NCBI RefSeq assembly: GCF_025526975.1
Contig: NW_026515677.1
Span: 496,001-560,000, forward strand
Direction: 5' to 3'
Length of the DNA stretch: 64,000 nucleotides
Source: Fimicolochytrium jonesii
Taxonomy: Eukaryota
Part shown: positions 25,301 to 39,475 of the stretch, piece after piece
Numbering within the stretch: position 1 is the first letter of the stretch
Layout: every line of letters starts with the position of its first letter
Position numbers and translations under genes: made by a program
Notes under the pieces: generated by a model
Told to the model about the DNA's origin: nothing
The model's database searches: none
The model's input: only the letters and a program-made list of their open reading frames with translations

Positions 25301-28300
25301 CATCATGCTCAACACCGACTTGCACTCGCCCAGTATCAAGCACCGCATGACGCCCGAGGGATTCATCAAGAACAACCGCGGAATCAACGATGATGGGGAC
25401 CTGCCTGACGAGCTGCTGACCCGGATCTACGAGCAGGTGTCGAAGAACGAGATCATTATGGAGGAGGAGCATGCCGGGCGGTTGGCGCAGATGGCAGTTG
25501 GATGGGGTGCGGGAGATTTGGACGATCGGCAGCGGATGGAATTGTACCGTAAGGAGATCTCGCAGGTGCAGAAGAAGAGTTTGGGGATGCTGAAACAGGG
25601 GATCAAAGGGAAGGATATGGCGCCGTTCAGGACGGCGTCGGGTGGGGAGCTTGCGAGGCCTATGTTTGGAATGGCGAGCTGGCCTTTGATGGCGGTCTTT
25701 AGTTTGGCGTTTGAAGGCGCGAATGATGATGAGGAGGCTGGCGACGAGAGCTCTGGAGCAGCAGGGCTGGGTGAACCGAAAGCCTCCGATTTGGCGTTGG
25801 AGGGGTTCTCCTTCTCGATACGCTTAGCGAGCATCTTCCGGATGGAGACGGAGCGAGACGCCTTTGTGACATCGCTGTCCAAGTTGACGGGCTTATCCCA
25901 TATCCACGACATTCGGCCAAAGAATATCCGCGCCATCAAGACGCTGATTGTCATTGCCGATTACCTCGGGGAGTACTTAGAAGGCAGCTGGATGCAGGTG
26001 CTGAAAGCTATATCCCACCTCGAGCGCATGCAGATCATCCTGAATAGGAGCTCGTCATTCGATGGGAAGCGCAGTGGGGATTATGATCGGGACGGCGAAG
26101 GCGAAGAAGCGGGCGTTATCCCGTTCAGTGGCAAACCGTCCTCATCGAACGCGTACCGGACAATCGAAGACGTAACCAGCCAAGCCCGCCCCAATCCGGC
26201 AGTCGAGAAACTGATCGCCGAGTTCCACAACCAAGCTACCGTCGTAGCCGTAGACCGCATCTTCACCAACACTCTGAAACTCTCTGCAACCGCGATCATT
26301 CACTTCTTCCGTTGCCTCTGCTACGTCTCGATGGAAGAAGTCGGGTTGGATCCCGTCACCACCGCCCCCGGAGCGATCCCCAACCAGGCTGCGGGTGCAG
26401 GGACGGGCTCCTCGGCACCGAGGATGTACCTCTTGCAGAAGATTGTGGAGATTGCGTATTACAATATGCCGAGGATTCGGTTTGAATGGACGCAGATTTG
26501 GAGGATTTTGCAGCCGTACTTTAATACGGTGGCGTGTCATCCGAATTTCAATGTTGCTACGTTTGCGGTGGATTCGTTAAGGCAGCTGTCTATGAAGTTC
26601 CTCGAAAGGTGCGTTTAACGTGTATAATTAGTGCGGGAAGAAGCGTACAGCCATATTCTAACGTCCCTACATTGACTACAGGGAGGAACTAGGACACTGG
26701 ACAGCCCAGAACGAGTTCCTCAAATCCTTCGAGTGGATCATCAAACACAACCCAGACCCGCGTATCAAAGAGCTCATCTTATCCAGCACCCGCCAAATGA
26801 TCCAAGCCCGCGGGAAATCCCTCCGATCCGGCTGGAAATCCATCTTCGTAGTCCTCTCCAAGGCCGCGCAGAGCGGCGATGAAAAGATCCTGCGGCTGTC
26901 CGTTAGCGTCGTGCAGATGATCTTTTCCGGCTTCTTTGAGTGCGTCGTTGGGAACGCCGGCGCAGGGTTCGTGGACTTTGTCGCCTGCTTGGTGGAGATT
27001 TCGCTGGTTGAGGAGCCGTCGGGTGAGGAGGTTGCTGCGGGGGGTATCCAACTCCTGCAAGCGGTAGCGAAATGGCTTTCTGGGTGGAATGGGGACGTGA
27101 ATGTTCCTGGCAGGAGGAAGCCGTCGTTTGCAGAGGCGGAGCTGAAACATGCCAATGTGCCCTTGACACCCGGCAATGCTCCCGCGGCGACACAACGGCA
27201 CGCTGCGCAACCGTATTTCTCTGCAAATGGACTTGTCACCGAGGACCACTTCTTCTTGAAATGGTTCCCGGTCCTCTCGGCGTTCTCCAGGATCATCATT
27301 GACTCAGAGAGCGTCAACGTGCGCACGAAGGCAATGGACGGTTTGTTCGACACCCTCAAATCGGCCGGTGCAATATTCGAGGTCGGGTACTGGAAGAACA
27401 TCCAACGCAGCGTTATCCTGCCCATCTTTGCGGAGCTCGGCCGTGGAAGCGATGACGACGACGACGACGACGACGAGACGCTGGGCGGCGAAAGGCCCAC
27501 TCGGGTTTCGATCGCAAAGTCAACGTACAAGGATCCGGAGATGACAGCGATTTACATTCACGGGTTGCGTCTGTACATCGATCTGTTCACGCACTACTTT
27601 ACGACGTTGACGGCGAACCCGGATCTTTTACGGAGCGTGTTTGATTTGTTGGTTGGGATGCTTACGAAGCGGGATGAGAAGCTTGCGACCACGGGCGGGA
27701 TATGCCTGCATGGGTTCATACGCGACAACATGAGCTCCATCGACAATGATGTTATCTGGGGCGTCGTGTCTGAGGCTATTGAGAAGGCGTTCAGAGGCAC
27801 ATTGCCTGGTGAGCTGCTGTGTTGCGAGTATGAAGCGGCTTCGGCACAGTCGGCGACGCCCGCGCCGGTGAAGGAGAAGAGCGAGGTTGCCAAAATTGGG
27901 CTGCGGGCCGCGAGGGAGGCTGTAGGCGAGGGCAAGAAAGTCACGCTCGATACGCTCGACTTCGAGTATGTCTTGATCAAGTGTGTGACGCATTTGGAGC
28001 TGGTGCAGGGCGTTCGTGATCTGGTGTTTGGATCGGCAGTTGAGTCTTCACGGAGGGGAAGTCGGAGAGAATCGTTGGTGGGAACGAAAGCCATCCCTAT
28101 CCCGGGGTCACTCGGTACCCCAGGAGCAAGTTCTGCAACATCGGCAACCTCGCCATCAGTAAATCAAACACCGACGCTGTCTCTCATCCCAGCACCATAT
28201 CGGGCGCGCTGGGTAAAATGCCTTTACCGAAGCTACGCGGTCGCACGCGCGTTCAACGAAGAAACAGCGCTCCGGCAAGCCATCTACCGCAAAGGCCTCG

Positions 28301-28890
28301 TCCCACAAACGCCGCACCTGATCAAACAAGAAACCGTCAGTTTTGCGACCTACCTCCGCGTCCTCTTTGCGGTGTACAAACTCGACGACACGGCGCGGAC
28401 GGAGGTTGGGCAGGAACTCGTCAAGGAGACGTTGGATGTGTTGACGCGGTACACGGAGTTTGTGGCGGATCAGGGGCGGCATCAGTTGCATCTGGGGTTG
28501 TGGAGCCCCGTGGTGGTGTTGGTGTTCAAGGAGCTGTTGTCGATGGATGAGTTGTGGGTTGGGCCTTTGCAGGATGGGCGAGGGTCCGCGCCTTCGGCAA
28601 CGCATAACGGCGTGAATGGGACCAGCGGCAGTACGTCTGCTGGCGGAAACTTGATCGATTTACAACAGCAACCAACAACAACAACGGCATCATCGGTGGT
28701 TGACGAATGGCTACCAAAATCGTCCTCCCCACCCGCAACGCCAACATCATCGCCGCCACCGCCGCTCGTACAGAACGTCCCCGCGTACTTCCGGGTAGCA
28801 GTTAGGATCATGACGGTGGAACGGGCGGAGGTGCGGGCGGTGCTGCAGGAATTTTTGGAACGGGTTGGGGATGTGTACATCCGTGTCTGA
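22356..28890 (+). CDS. SEC7: Large Arf guanine nucleotide exchange factor (Sec7/BIG family), ~4 exons
   Basis: DCB/HUS regions (FYLNYDCD), Sec7 domain FRLPGEAQKIDRIMEKFA and IMLNTDLH, HDS regions (FAVDSLRQLSMKFLER, LRSGWKSIF). Confidence 0.96.
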
Positions 28891-29449
28891 TGTGCGACAC
28901 ATTGGAGGATGGGGCAGAATAGGGTGTGTTACTTTCTGTATGTAGATAGCTCTGTTGGACGGATGCGCTTTTGTCTCTGTGCCTTCGATGGGGCCTTACT
29001 ATCTCTTTTATATATACCTTTACTATCTCTCTTATACTCATATTCTCTTGTCCATGTTTGTATGTCATAAACCCATTTGCTATGGCTGTATAGTACATGG
29101 ATCCTGCGGGAGTCCATCCGTCCGTGCTGTATCATTGAACAACGCGTTGAAAGAGGGGGATATCCGCAGGAGGAGATGGGTGAGTCATGCGCGTCACTTC
29201 CATCGCTTTTCGCAGCTGTGCCCGTCCTCATTCCGTCCGCATTCGCTGTCCTAATTCCTCGCCCACAACGGACCATCACCTACTGTATATGTATCTTTCG
29301 AGCGTCTGCCGACTCGGACTCCAGGCTTAACGACGAAAACCCCCTCGCTCCCTCACGCCCAGCAAACCTCCCACTTCTTTCATTCTCATACTTCGTTCAC
29401 CCTCCTCGAGACGACAACACACCCCAGAGCAGAGCGAAACCACAGCGCA

Positions 29450-30550
29450 ATGACACAGAACACAGAGCAGAAGAGGATTCCAGTAGGCATCCTGGGTGCC
29501 ACCGGCACGGTCGGACAACGGTTTATCCAGTTGTTGGAGGGTCATCCCTATTTCTTTATCCAAGCCGTCGGTGCCTCCCCTAGATCAGCGGGCAAGCCAT
29601 ATTCACAAGCAGCCTCAAAGTCGTGGAAGCAGGCGACCCCCATACCCGACAAAGTGGGGTCGCTCATTGTGCAAAGTTGCGAACCTACGCATTTCAGCAA
29701 CTGTCGAGTCATATTCTCCGGTTTAGACTCGGACGTTGCAGGGGACATCGAAACTGCTTTCCTGAAAGCCGATTTCGCCGTGTTCTCTAACGCAAAGAAC
29801 CACCGAATGGACCCGATCGTGCCTCTCGTTGTGCCGCTCGTGAACCCATCGCATATGGATATCATCAAGCACCAACGATCCGTCCACGGTCTCCAACAAG
29901 GTTTCCTTGTCACAAACGCAAATTGCTCCACGACGGGACTTGTCGTCGCGTTGAAAGCCCTGCAGGATGCGTTCGGCCCCTTGTCAAAAGTCATCGTAAC
30001 GACGATGCAGGCGATTTCGGGGGCAGGTTACCCCGGTGTGCCGAGTTTGGACATTCTGGGGAACGTTGTTCCTTACATCTCCGGAGAGGAAGATAAGCTC
30101 GAGACGGAGTGTTCGAAGATTCTGGGGAGTCTGAACTCTGACTTGACTGCATTCGAGGCGCCTCCGGAATTGAAAGTGTCTGCGAGCTGCAATCGTGTAG
30201 CAGTTATCGACGGGCACATGGAGAGCGTGACGGTGGAGTTTGTAAAGCGGCCGCCACCATCCATCGCCGACATCACCGCCGCCCTCGCATCGTACACATC
30301 AGACGCACAAAAGCACAAGGCACCCTCAGCGCCACAACACTCGATCGTTGTGATGAAAGAAGCGGATCGACCCCAGCCGCGGATGGATATCATGGTCGGG
30401 AACGGGAATGCGATTGCCGTCGGGCGCATTCGGGAATGTAATATCTTTGATGTCAAGTTCTCCTTGCTATCGCACAATACCATCCTGGGTGCGGCAGGCA
30501 GCAGCATCATGAACGCGGAAATTGCTGTTTCGAAAGGATTCATCGAGTGA
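29450..30550 (+). CDS. HOM2: Aspartate-semialdehyde dehydrogenase
   Basis: Intronless 366 aa; GILGATGTVGQRF, catalytic NANCST, QAISGAGYPG and SHNTILGAAG. Confidence 0.97.
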   Translation: MTQNTEQKRIPVGILGATGTVGQRFIQLLEGHPYFFIQAVGASPRSAGKPYSQAASKSWKQATPIPDKVGSLIVQSCEPTHFSNCRVIFSGLDSDVAGDIETAFLKADFAVFSNAKNHRMDPIVPLVVPLVNPSHMDIIKHQRSVHGLQQGFLVTNANCSTTGLVVALKALQDAFGPLSKVIVTTMQAISGAGYPGVPSLDILGNVVPYISGEEDKLETECSKILGSLNSDLTAFEAPPELKVSASCNRVAVIDGHMESVTVEFVKRPPPSIADITAALASYTSDAQKHKAPSAPQHSIVVMKEADRPQPRMDIMVGNGNAIAVGRIRECNIFDVKFSLLSHNTILGAAGSSIMNAEIAVSKGFIE

Positions 30551-30997
30551 CCGCTGTGTGGCACGGAAGATGGTTAGATATCAAACATGTAGCTGCCCAC
30601 AGCCAGACCATGTAAATTTCCACAACATCACTCAGTTCCGTTCATACAACATAGATCTATTTCGCTTTCGCAACCGTTTTCCCCCGTTCATACCCATGTC
30701 CATTTTGCTTATTCATGTCCGAACATTGGATGCCTGACAGTGACGCACACGCGTAAAACCCCCCTCGCTTTCGACGCGTTCGTGCAAAGTTCGAAGCTTT
30801 TTGCCGTGTCCAGGAGGGTTTCCAACAAATTGCGGTTCCTCTTCCGCAAAACAGCTCGTCCCTGCCCATAGGCCGCAACCTTGACCGAAGGACTAAGGTC
30901 GCCCAGCAACCACCAGTCATCAGCTCAAAGGTCAGATTTCCCCGATCGTAGGGTCAACCACGCGTCAATAGAAGTTTGCACGAGCGAAGCATAAGCA

Positions 30998-32756
30998 ATG
31001 GCATTACGGAATTTCTTCGTGATACACAAGTCTGGACGGACCTACTTTGCCAAGAACTGTAAGTGCTTGTTGGAAAGGTGCACTGAAATTCGGAAAGATG
31101 TTTTAATTGCGCGTCATCTTCGGGAAAATAGTTCAAGGGGATGCTTTGGACCAAAGGTACGCGAAGCGGGCATTTCCATACGTCAACATCTGTTCTAGAG
31201 TAGACGGGCGTGCAACCAGTGCCGGGGCTGAATTTCATCGTCCGTCACAGTCTAGTTGTCGGCTTCTCGTCCTCAGTTTCGAACTTTGCGCGAACACTCC
31301 TGGGTGAGGACATCCGGGAAGTGGTGTCTGTGAAAGGGCGGATCTTGTACAAGGAATTTGGGGATGTGAGTTATTTGGTTTTCACAGAGCCGCGGGTGCA
31401 GCGCTTGCTAATGGGGTTTTGTGATGTCAGTTTGTCTTTATAGCGCATAGCGATCTTCAAACAGGAAGTTCGATCATTCAGGCGATTTTACGAGATGTTG
31501 GGGCGATGTGCGAGGTACGCCTTATATCCGGAGCAGGGTGGGTCGGAGGGAGAGGAAGGGTAAGCTATGGAGACTGACACCCCTCGATCTGAACAGTTCC
31601 TGTTCGGGAACCACGAATACTGGGACGAAGACTTCTTTGATCTAAAAGGCGCCCAGGATATCCTCTCGACCTATTTTGCGAAAATGACGCAGGATCCGAG
31701 CACGGTTGTTAGCGGGGTGAATATGGTAACTACACTGCAAAGAGTAGCATTCACGTACCCCTGGGGGCACACGTCTGGCTTACCGCCCGCCTCGAAATAG
31801 ATATCGTTAGAGCTCGACATCACGGAGCGATTGGACAAGCTTTTGGCGTTTTTGGAAAGCCAGGAGGGGGTGTGCGGGAACGGCACGATGCTTATCCTCG
31901 GCGACTCAGTGCTGTATTCCCGGCTTGGCCTGCACGAAACCCGGATGGTAAGTGCATCTTCACCCACACCGACAACAGTCTTCATCCCACTCATAGACAA
32001 TCACCCGTCCCTCGAAATCACAGATCCACCAATATCACAAATCCCGCCCCCTCGGGCACAACTCCGTCCGCTTCACCCCCGTCTACATCCACGGCGCCTG
32101 GCAAAATCTCTACCTCATCCGCCTCCAATCCTACGTCCTCGTCGTCCTCGCCTACATCGACAAAGCCTTCGCGCCCTTACAGAATCGCATCGAAGAGTTC
32201 CGCATCTCCTTCATCCAGTCCCGCCTCGAGATACCCACCGAGGAGCCACCGGTGCTGTTGCGACTGTTTGCGAAACGCGAGACCTTGGCGATGCTTTATC
32301 ATAATATCAAGACGGGGTGCACGATCTTTCCGCAGCTGAGGCCGGGACCCGAGGTGCAGCAGAAGGAGATTCTGGCGAGTTTTTGGGGGCTTTTTTCGGA
32401 TGCGAGGTTCGTATGATCTGTTTTTGCGTTCAATCTCAAATACGTGTCGATTGAGTTATTGTGCTCATATCATTGTTCTTGGGCTAACAGTTCGAGCCTC
32501 CGTGTACCTGGAGTTTCAGAGTTCGTCATCACAAGGGATCAGTACCGGTTCTATGCCAGGTAGGTTCCCAACTATTTTGAAGTGTCCAGCAAACACCGTT
32601 CTAACTGCGGCCACATCTTCGCCCCGCACATACAGATCGGAAGGCGTCCACAAACTATACATTCTCATGGCAACGGATTCCGTGTCGTCTGAAGTCGTTC
32701 CGAGTATCGCGGCTGATGTCTTGCGGAATCTACGTGCGTTTACGCCAGAACGATGA
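30998..32756 (+). CDS. Longin-domain protein of the FUZ/MON1/HPS1 family, multi-exon
   Basis: N-terminal longin pattern FFVIHKSGRTYF; spliced exons give FLFG, MLILGDSVLYSRL and FTPVYI; exact orthology unclear. Confidence 0.55.
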
Positions 32757-33247
32757 TGATCTCCCTGGCTCCATTGCCATGTATTGTGAGATTGTATATA
32801 GATGTGTTCTTATGTGATGAGAAAGGCGAGCAAGTCCGAGTACGCTTTCTCTGCTGTGCACTCATGCTCCTGCTGTATGTCTGGGTGGTCAACCTCCCCG
32901 GAGGTGCGACGTAACATGAAACGGACATCCCATCTCAAAAACTAAAGGACCAATCTGAGCCACTAAGCACGGTAATGCATACATTTATTTGCCTCGAAAC
33001 AACGAGGCTTCATATTTTACGTAACATGGGTGCGCGGAGGTATGTCTAAATTAAACGGGGGTATCTTGGAAACGCTGCGTTTAAGAATCTAAAAGTGAAA
33101 TAAATCTCGACGGATTTGCGATGCTAGTGGTGTTTGTGTTCCCGTATATACACCGCGAAATATGTTGTACGCCTGATGAATGGTGTGGCAAGCGGTCTCG
33201 GTTCCCCCAAATCACGTCGATGCTGAGGAAGCAAAAAAAATTCGAGC

Positions 33248-34454
33248 CTATTTCCGCCTCCAGGCCACGTACTCGTCGAATAGGAGAGGCCCTGTGATGC
33301 AAACTTTGGGTTTAGTGGGGTTGAAACAAACAGCAAGTGCGATGATAGCGGGGTAACACTTACAGGCACTCGTCTCATCATATCCCGTCAGGTCATAACT
33401 GACTGTGACGGAGAATTCCCAAAAGCTCCTCCACTGATCCTTGTTCACTACCTTGACAGGGGCCATTTCATCGAGGAAGGCCAAGAAGGAAGGGATCAGC
33501 GGGAAATGCTCAGGTGGGCACACCAGCTTCCACATGCCTTTTGCTGCGTGAGGCACAGGGATGATGTCAGTGTCAGTCGGTCCATCTGCGACAGGTGCAA
33601 TCTGCAAAGCTAAATTGTCTTACCAAGCTGGAGATGGGAGCGAGAATGTGACGGTTAAACCTTGTTCATTGCAGGTGGTCAAAGAACACACACTCACCTC
33701 TAAAGGAAGATTCTTTGAATCATTCTCTTTAGCAAAGACGAACGCAAACATATACAGCTCTTTAGAATCCGAAGGGCTGTCGAAAATGTTTCTGAACGCT
33801 GGCAGCTTGGCACGGAGCTTCTCCAAGGAATCAACCCTGTGCGCGTGGACAAAGTCAGGGATCGAGACCACAGTGGGATTCGAGACGTCAAGACTCACTC
33901 CAGTCTTGAGAACCCATCCACCCATTCGCTCCGAGTGAAGTAGCCCATGTTTTTCGCGTGCAGCTTCCATGCAATGACCAAGATCTCAATCTAGTGCAGA
34001 TTCGGTGAGCTATCCAACCACGGGTTGATTCCCAACCTCATCGCCCGGACTTACGCTATCGGTCCCGATGCCTAGATCTTGACAGAGCTTCTCAATGCCC
34101 TCCGGCCCCACAACATCCTTGTCATCTGGATCCTCATACTGGTCGAACCACGCTTCACATCGCGCTGAGCTGTACTGTTTCGGATCCTGCAGAAGCACGG
34201 TTAGACGACGATGGTTCGAGAACTGGCCAATGAAGGGCAGAAATTCCTTGCACTTACTATCGTCGCTATCGCTGCCTTTGAGGCCCTACTCGTACGATAA
34301 CAGTGAGTTCAGGCGCTTCACTGGGTGAGACACGATCCCTGACAACCTCCCCTCACCTAGCTCGAGTGGTTTTGGTAGCAGGTCCTTCCGTCTTGGCCTT
34401 TTTGCTGCGTGTGGCGGCGGCTGTGCTGGTGGCACTGCGCTTCTTTGGCGGCAT
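33248..34454 (-). CDS. DCN1-like cullin neddylation E3 (DCUN1D4/5-like), multi-exon
   Basis: WFDQYEDPDDKDVVGPEGIEKLCQDLG, ELYMFAFVFAKE, VVNKDQWRSFWEF, YDETSA and PLLFDEYVAW. Confidence 0.9.
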
Positions 34455-35235
34455 AACTGCGTTGGAATCGTCGTGAGAAAGCTCCTGAGGAAGTATTTGC
34501 GGTTAGCTGAAAAGCTAGTGCCGCGAAGCTACCATGCGTAGGATTACGGCTGAACGCGGAAGGGTCGGCTGAGTGGTCGCCGGTACGGTCGGGAGGTCTC
34601 TCGTAGTAGGCGGAAGACACTGAAGGTCTGAATAGATAAGTAGTTGCTCGCACAGCTGGACCAAGCTCGAATACAAGGATTGGACTAGGAGGGCGAGAGC
34701 TTCGTAAACTTTTGACAGGATCCACAGCATGAGGTAAGACCAAGAAGCGCCGAGTCCAAGAGCTTTAAGAGGAGCGTGGCCTGCGGTCGGCAGCTGCGTC
34801 GATATCAACGGCGAGAGCCCAGCAAAAAGACTGTGTGGTCCCAGTGGCCCGATCACACGTCTTCTGAGTCGCCGGGTTCTTGAAGTTCGGGAGCGTGGGG
34901 AAAAAGGGCACATGCAGGCTTGCAGGCGGGGACGTCTTGACTAATCTCGGACGCGTTTTGCGTTGAGCTTCAGCTTCTCTCTCTGCCCGAGCGGCATACC
35001 GCAAGCGCAAAGCTCCAGACTTTGATTGCGTCTGCTGAGAAGCCATGCGCATGATTAGCCTCTTCTTTATGAATGTTGCAAGTACGACGAGATGAAATCT
35101 GTATTTTTTATTCGACCATTAACCTTATACAATCTCGTATCCTACTCAAAGTTCATATCTACAAGAACAAAAACACCTCCGACGTGTTCATACACGAGTG
35201 CCAATGATTCCAAGCTGTCCAATGTATCTCCCTCC

Positions 35236-35879
<644 letters not shown>

Positions 35880-36144
35880 AGTTGCGAGAGCGAAAGTAGT
35901 TTGCGAGAGGGAGGGTGAGTAGATTGGGGGTTGCGATGAGATGGGAAGAGGAGGAGAACGAGGGTAAGGTTTGAAGTTTGCTGCTTGCGCGAGAATCTGT
36001 CCGAACTTGGAAGGTTGGAAAGGGCGAAGCGTCTGAGGCGCAGAACAACAACGACAACGGCTGTTTACAATTCGTCGACTTTGCTGAACGCACATTACCT
36101 TACGGAGCTCAGCACATGCCACCACAGTGTCGCTCCCTCTGTTC

Positions 36145-39100
36145 ATGAGTGGTTCAGCAGCAGGGCTCACACTGATATCGAAGCGTGGAACCGGACGCTC
36201 CTACGTGATATCGAGACTATTACAGGCATTTCAGCTGCACAGCAACCTCGGAAACGGTTATCACAAGTCCTCTCGAGTTTTACGCCATTATGTGCCTTTG
36301 GTCGGCCTCGCCCGTGGCAATCTCTGTCGGCAGCAGATTAGGCTGGCGAGTAGTGGACGGCGGGGTACGGAGGAGGAGGAAGAAGTGAAAGGCACGACTT
36401 CGAAAAACGATACCATGTCGCCCATGGATGGGAAACACGATCCACGGGAAACCTCATCCAGTCAATCAGCCGAGGAGATAGCGGCAAAAAATGGGCGAAA
36501 GAGATTTTTATGGGATCTCCAGACCTTAAAACGGACGACTGCGTACAAGCTGTCGCAACAGGTGTCGAAGGCGCAGACACAGGAACTGTTCAGCGCATAT
36601 CACAAGTTGAAGGCGGACGGCGATTTCGAGCGCCACGGACCTTGGCGAGGCATATTGACAGCGAAGCACTACCGTACACTCCTGCGAATGTTGGCCGCAT
36701 ACCCGGAGATCATCCCCCCACGAGAGCTGACCGCAATCTTGTTGATCATGGTCAAGCAGGGCTTGCCCATATTTTCCTCCGATTGGGCTTTGCTGCTCAC
36801 CGCGTACGCAAAAATAGGACAGGTCGCGGAAGCACAGACCATATTCGATCAATTGGATGAGAACCAAATCGACACGTTGTGCTTCAATGCCATGATCGAG
36901 GGACACACCAGTGCCGGAAACTTTGAGATTGCCGAGATGATTTACAAAAGGTTGAGCGAGTCGGGACATCCGATTACGACTAACACAACCTTATGCATGA
37001 TCAAACTTCATCTGGTCTCCCAAAATTTGGAGGCCGCTAAAGTACACTGGGACCAGTTGCGCGAATCACTCACGGATCGCTCGTCGAAAAATTTCGGCAA
37101 CGATATATTCACGTCCACCCGAGGCCTAGTTCGAACGTACACGGCAATCATTCGTTGGGCGTGTGCGAGAGATGCGGTGTCTCTCGGTCTTGAGTTCCTC
37201 AACACGATGATTTCCAGCAAAGTTCGCCCAACGCCGCAGATTTTCACCTGGTTGCTCGTCGGTTTCGCGACGATGCGAGCCAAATCCGCCGTCAAATCCG
37301 CCGATGAGCTCCATCGTCGCTTTCTCTTTCTTGAACTGACTCCGAACATCCGCTACCTGTCGGCCTTGATCAACGTCCATGCACTTCGCGGTAACATGTC
37401 CAGAATTGGGGTGCTACTGGAAGAGATGGCAGCCGTCGGAATACAACCGGATGTGCCCCTGTACAATATCTTGATACAAGCTTATGGGAAGCAGGGGAAT
37501 TTCGCGAGCGCGCATCAATGTTACGAAAGTATGATAAGCAGCAACTTGGTTCCGGATCGCTGGACTTTCTCCACACTCATCAGCATGCATGCCGACAAAG
37601 GCGATACGGAGAGCGCCAGGCATTGGTTCGACCTGTCGCAGAAGTCCCTTGGACAGACGCGCCCGAGAGTAAAGGCACCGCAAGATACCGTTATGTACAC
37701 TGCCTTGCTGATGGCATTCGGCCAAGCCGGGGATCTGGACTCCGCGCATGAAGTCCTAGCTGAGATGCGGTCAAGAGGATTGACACCCACCGCGGTCACA
37801 TATGCGATCTTAATCAAGACGACGCTGCAGGCGGGACAGTTCACGGGAGCTACAGAATGGTTCCGAGCGATGGAAAAGGACTCTGTGGAGCCGAATGCAC
37901 ACATCTACGGGCTGTTTGTCACTGGCTGTTTAGAGAACAAGCGATGGCAGCAGGCTTATAGGTGGACGAAGCAGTTTAGCGAGACAAATCTACCATTGGA
38001 TAGTCGGACGGCGGCCGTCTTGCTTCGGGCCACTATGCGATTTAAGGAACTTGATGCTGCGGTTCGCTTGAGGAAAGCGACCTCGGAGCAGCATGTTCAG
38101 GTGGATCCGGCGGTGCTTGGCAGTATGACGATCAAGTTTGCCCATGTGTGCATGAATGAGATCGAAGCGCGCGCGGCCGGGAAAACGATGATCACTAAAG
38201 ATGATTACGATCAACGGAGAGGACCCGCACTCGTCAAAGTTGAGCGGGAACACCTCGTGGAGGATCCGAAATATCATGACGACCTCATACTCCTCTTCAA
38301 GGATTACCAAGCAGCTGCAAAGAAAAACCATGAAGTATCTAACACCAACGTATATGCGGCCGTCATCGATTACCTCACCCTACGCGGCCTGATGGGCCAA
38401 GCAAAAGCCGTCTTCCTCGACATGATCAAAAACGCATGTCGGATGCGTCTCGGGCCCGTACATGTCGGATCCTACGTGTGCGCGCGAATCGCGAGGCGCT
38501 TGGCCCCATCCGATTGGACGCTTGTCGGACGCTGGACATCGGAGGTGATGCTCTGGATGGACCGGCAGATCCATGCCCATCAATCCCGGACGAGAGCAGA
38601 GAAGGAGAATCGGACAGAGTCGCTGGAAAAGGATGCGGTGTTCAAACAGCAACAAACGGGCGTGAAATTCAACCACGAGGAGATTATGAGGATGCTGCTG
38701 GCGTGTGAGGTGTTTATGTATGGGCGGTATGGGATGCGGGATGTGACTGTGGTATTGTTAAGGGATCCGCGGTATGCCGACGCTTGGCGGGTTGTTGATC
38801 GAGCTGCGGCAAGGGTTAATCTGGATAATGAGAATAGGGTGAGCGAGGCGGGGGTTGCGGCGTATTGGGAGGCTGTTTGCGTTTTGCGGAGTGCTGGGTT
38901 GCGACAGAGGATGTTCGGAGAGGCGGCGGTACCGACGATTGATGAAGTCGACGAGGGGGTGAGGGATGGGGCGACGAAGGAGATGACCGAGGAGGCATCC
39001 GTGAATCCCGACAGTGAATTGAGTCCCACGCAGGCGACCGATTCCGAAGAGGCCCTATCGGCTATTGACCCTGCGACGCCAACGGCACCAACCCTAGATG

Positions 39101-39279
39101 AAAAACTGCCCATCATCGATCCCGGCTTCTCTCGCTTCTGCGGCGCCTTACTACGCCACTGCGAACTCCATCAGCTGTGGATTCTGAGGCGGAAGGTCAT
39201 AATGTGGCTCGAGGCGCACGGCGTAGAAATCAGAACCCAACTCCCGGGGGGAGGGTTGTACCGGCCGATACGTAAATGA
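36145..39279 (+). CDS. Pentatricopeptide-repeat protein, probably mitochondrial
   Basis: Multiple 35-aa PPR motifs (PDVPLYNILIQAYGKQG, DTVMYTALLMAFGQAGD, PTAVTYAILI); basic presequence-like N-terminus. Confidence 0.93.
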   Translation: MSGSAAGLTLISKRGTGRSYVISRLLQAFQLHSNLGNGYHKSSRVLRHYVPLVGLARGNLCRQQIRLASSGRRGTEEEEEVKGTTSKNDTMSPMDGKHDPRETSSSQSAEEIAAKNGRKRFLWDLQTLKRTTAYKLSQQVSKAQTQELFSAYHKLKADGDFERHGPWRGILTAKHYRTLLRMLAAYPEIIPPRELTAILLIMVKQGLPIFSSDWALLLTAYAKIGQVAEAQTIFDQLDENQIDTLCFNAMIEGHTSAGNFEIAEMIYKRLSESGHPITTNTTLCMIKLHLVSQNLEAAKVHWDQLRESLTDRSSKNFGNDIFTSTRGLVRTYTAIIRWACARDAVSLGLEFLNTMISSKVRPTPQIFTWLLVGFATMRAKSAVKSADELHRRFLFLELTPNIRYLSALINVHALRGNMSRIGVLLEEMAAVGIQPDVPLYNILIQAYGKQGNFASAHQCYESMISSNLVPDRWTFSTLISMHADKGDTESARHWFDLSQKSLGQTRPRVKAPQDTVMYTALLMAFGQAGDLDSAHEVLAEMRSRGLTPTAVTYAILIKTTLQAGQFTGATEWFRAMEKDSVEPNAHIYGLFVTGCLENKRWQQAYRWTKQFSETNLPLDSRTAAVLLRATMRFKELDAAVRLRKATSEQHVQVDPAVLGSMTIKFAHVCMNEIEARAAGKTMITKDDYDQRRGPALVKVEREHLVEDPKYHDDLILLFKDYQAAAKKNHEVSNTNVYAAVIDYLTLRGLMGQAKAVFLDMIKNACRMRLGPVHVGSYVCARIARRLAPSDWTLVGRWTSEVMLWMDRQIHAHQSRTRAEKENRTESLEKDAVFKQQQTGVKFNHEEIMRMLLACEVFMYGRYGMRDVTVVLLRDPRYADAWRVVDRAAARVNLDNENRVSEAGVAAYWEAVCVLRSAGLRQRMFGEAAVPTIDEVDEGVRDGATKEMTEEASVNPDSELSPTQATDSEEALSAIDPATPTAPTLDEKLPIIDPGFSRFCGALLRHCELHQLWILRRKVIMWLEAHGVEIRTQLPGGGLYRPIRK

Positions 39280-39365
39280 CGCTGTACACAACAAATGGCG
39301 ATGGTGGTGGTGTATGATAGAGATAGAGTGATGACGGATTTTGGTATTTGAGAAGTAGCACAATA

Positions 39366-39475
39366 GAGGCCTCAGGCGACCTTACATGCTTGATATTTAC
39401 TACAAGTTGCCATCATCGGCGATGCCTCCGGCAGATGTACAATGATGTGGATGGCAGATAACCAGCACGGAAAAT
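39366..39475 (-). ncRNA. Putative Fanzor omegaRNA scaffold
   Basis: Starts ~20 nt after the Fanzor stop with TTTTCCGTGCTGGTT; nested stems 39461-69/39385-94 and 39450-56/39408-14, hairpin 39423-33; position expected for an omegaRNA. Confidence 0.6.
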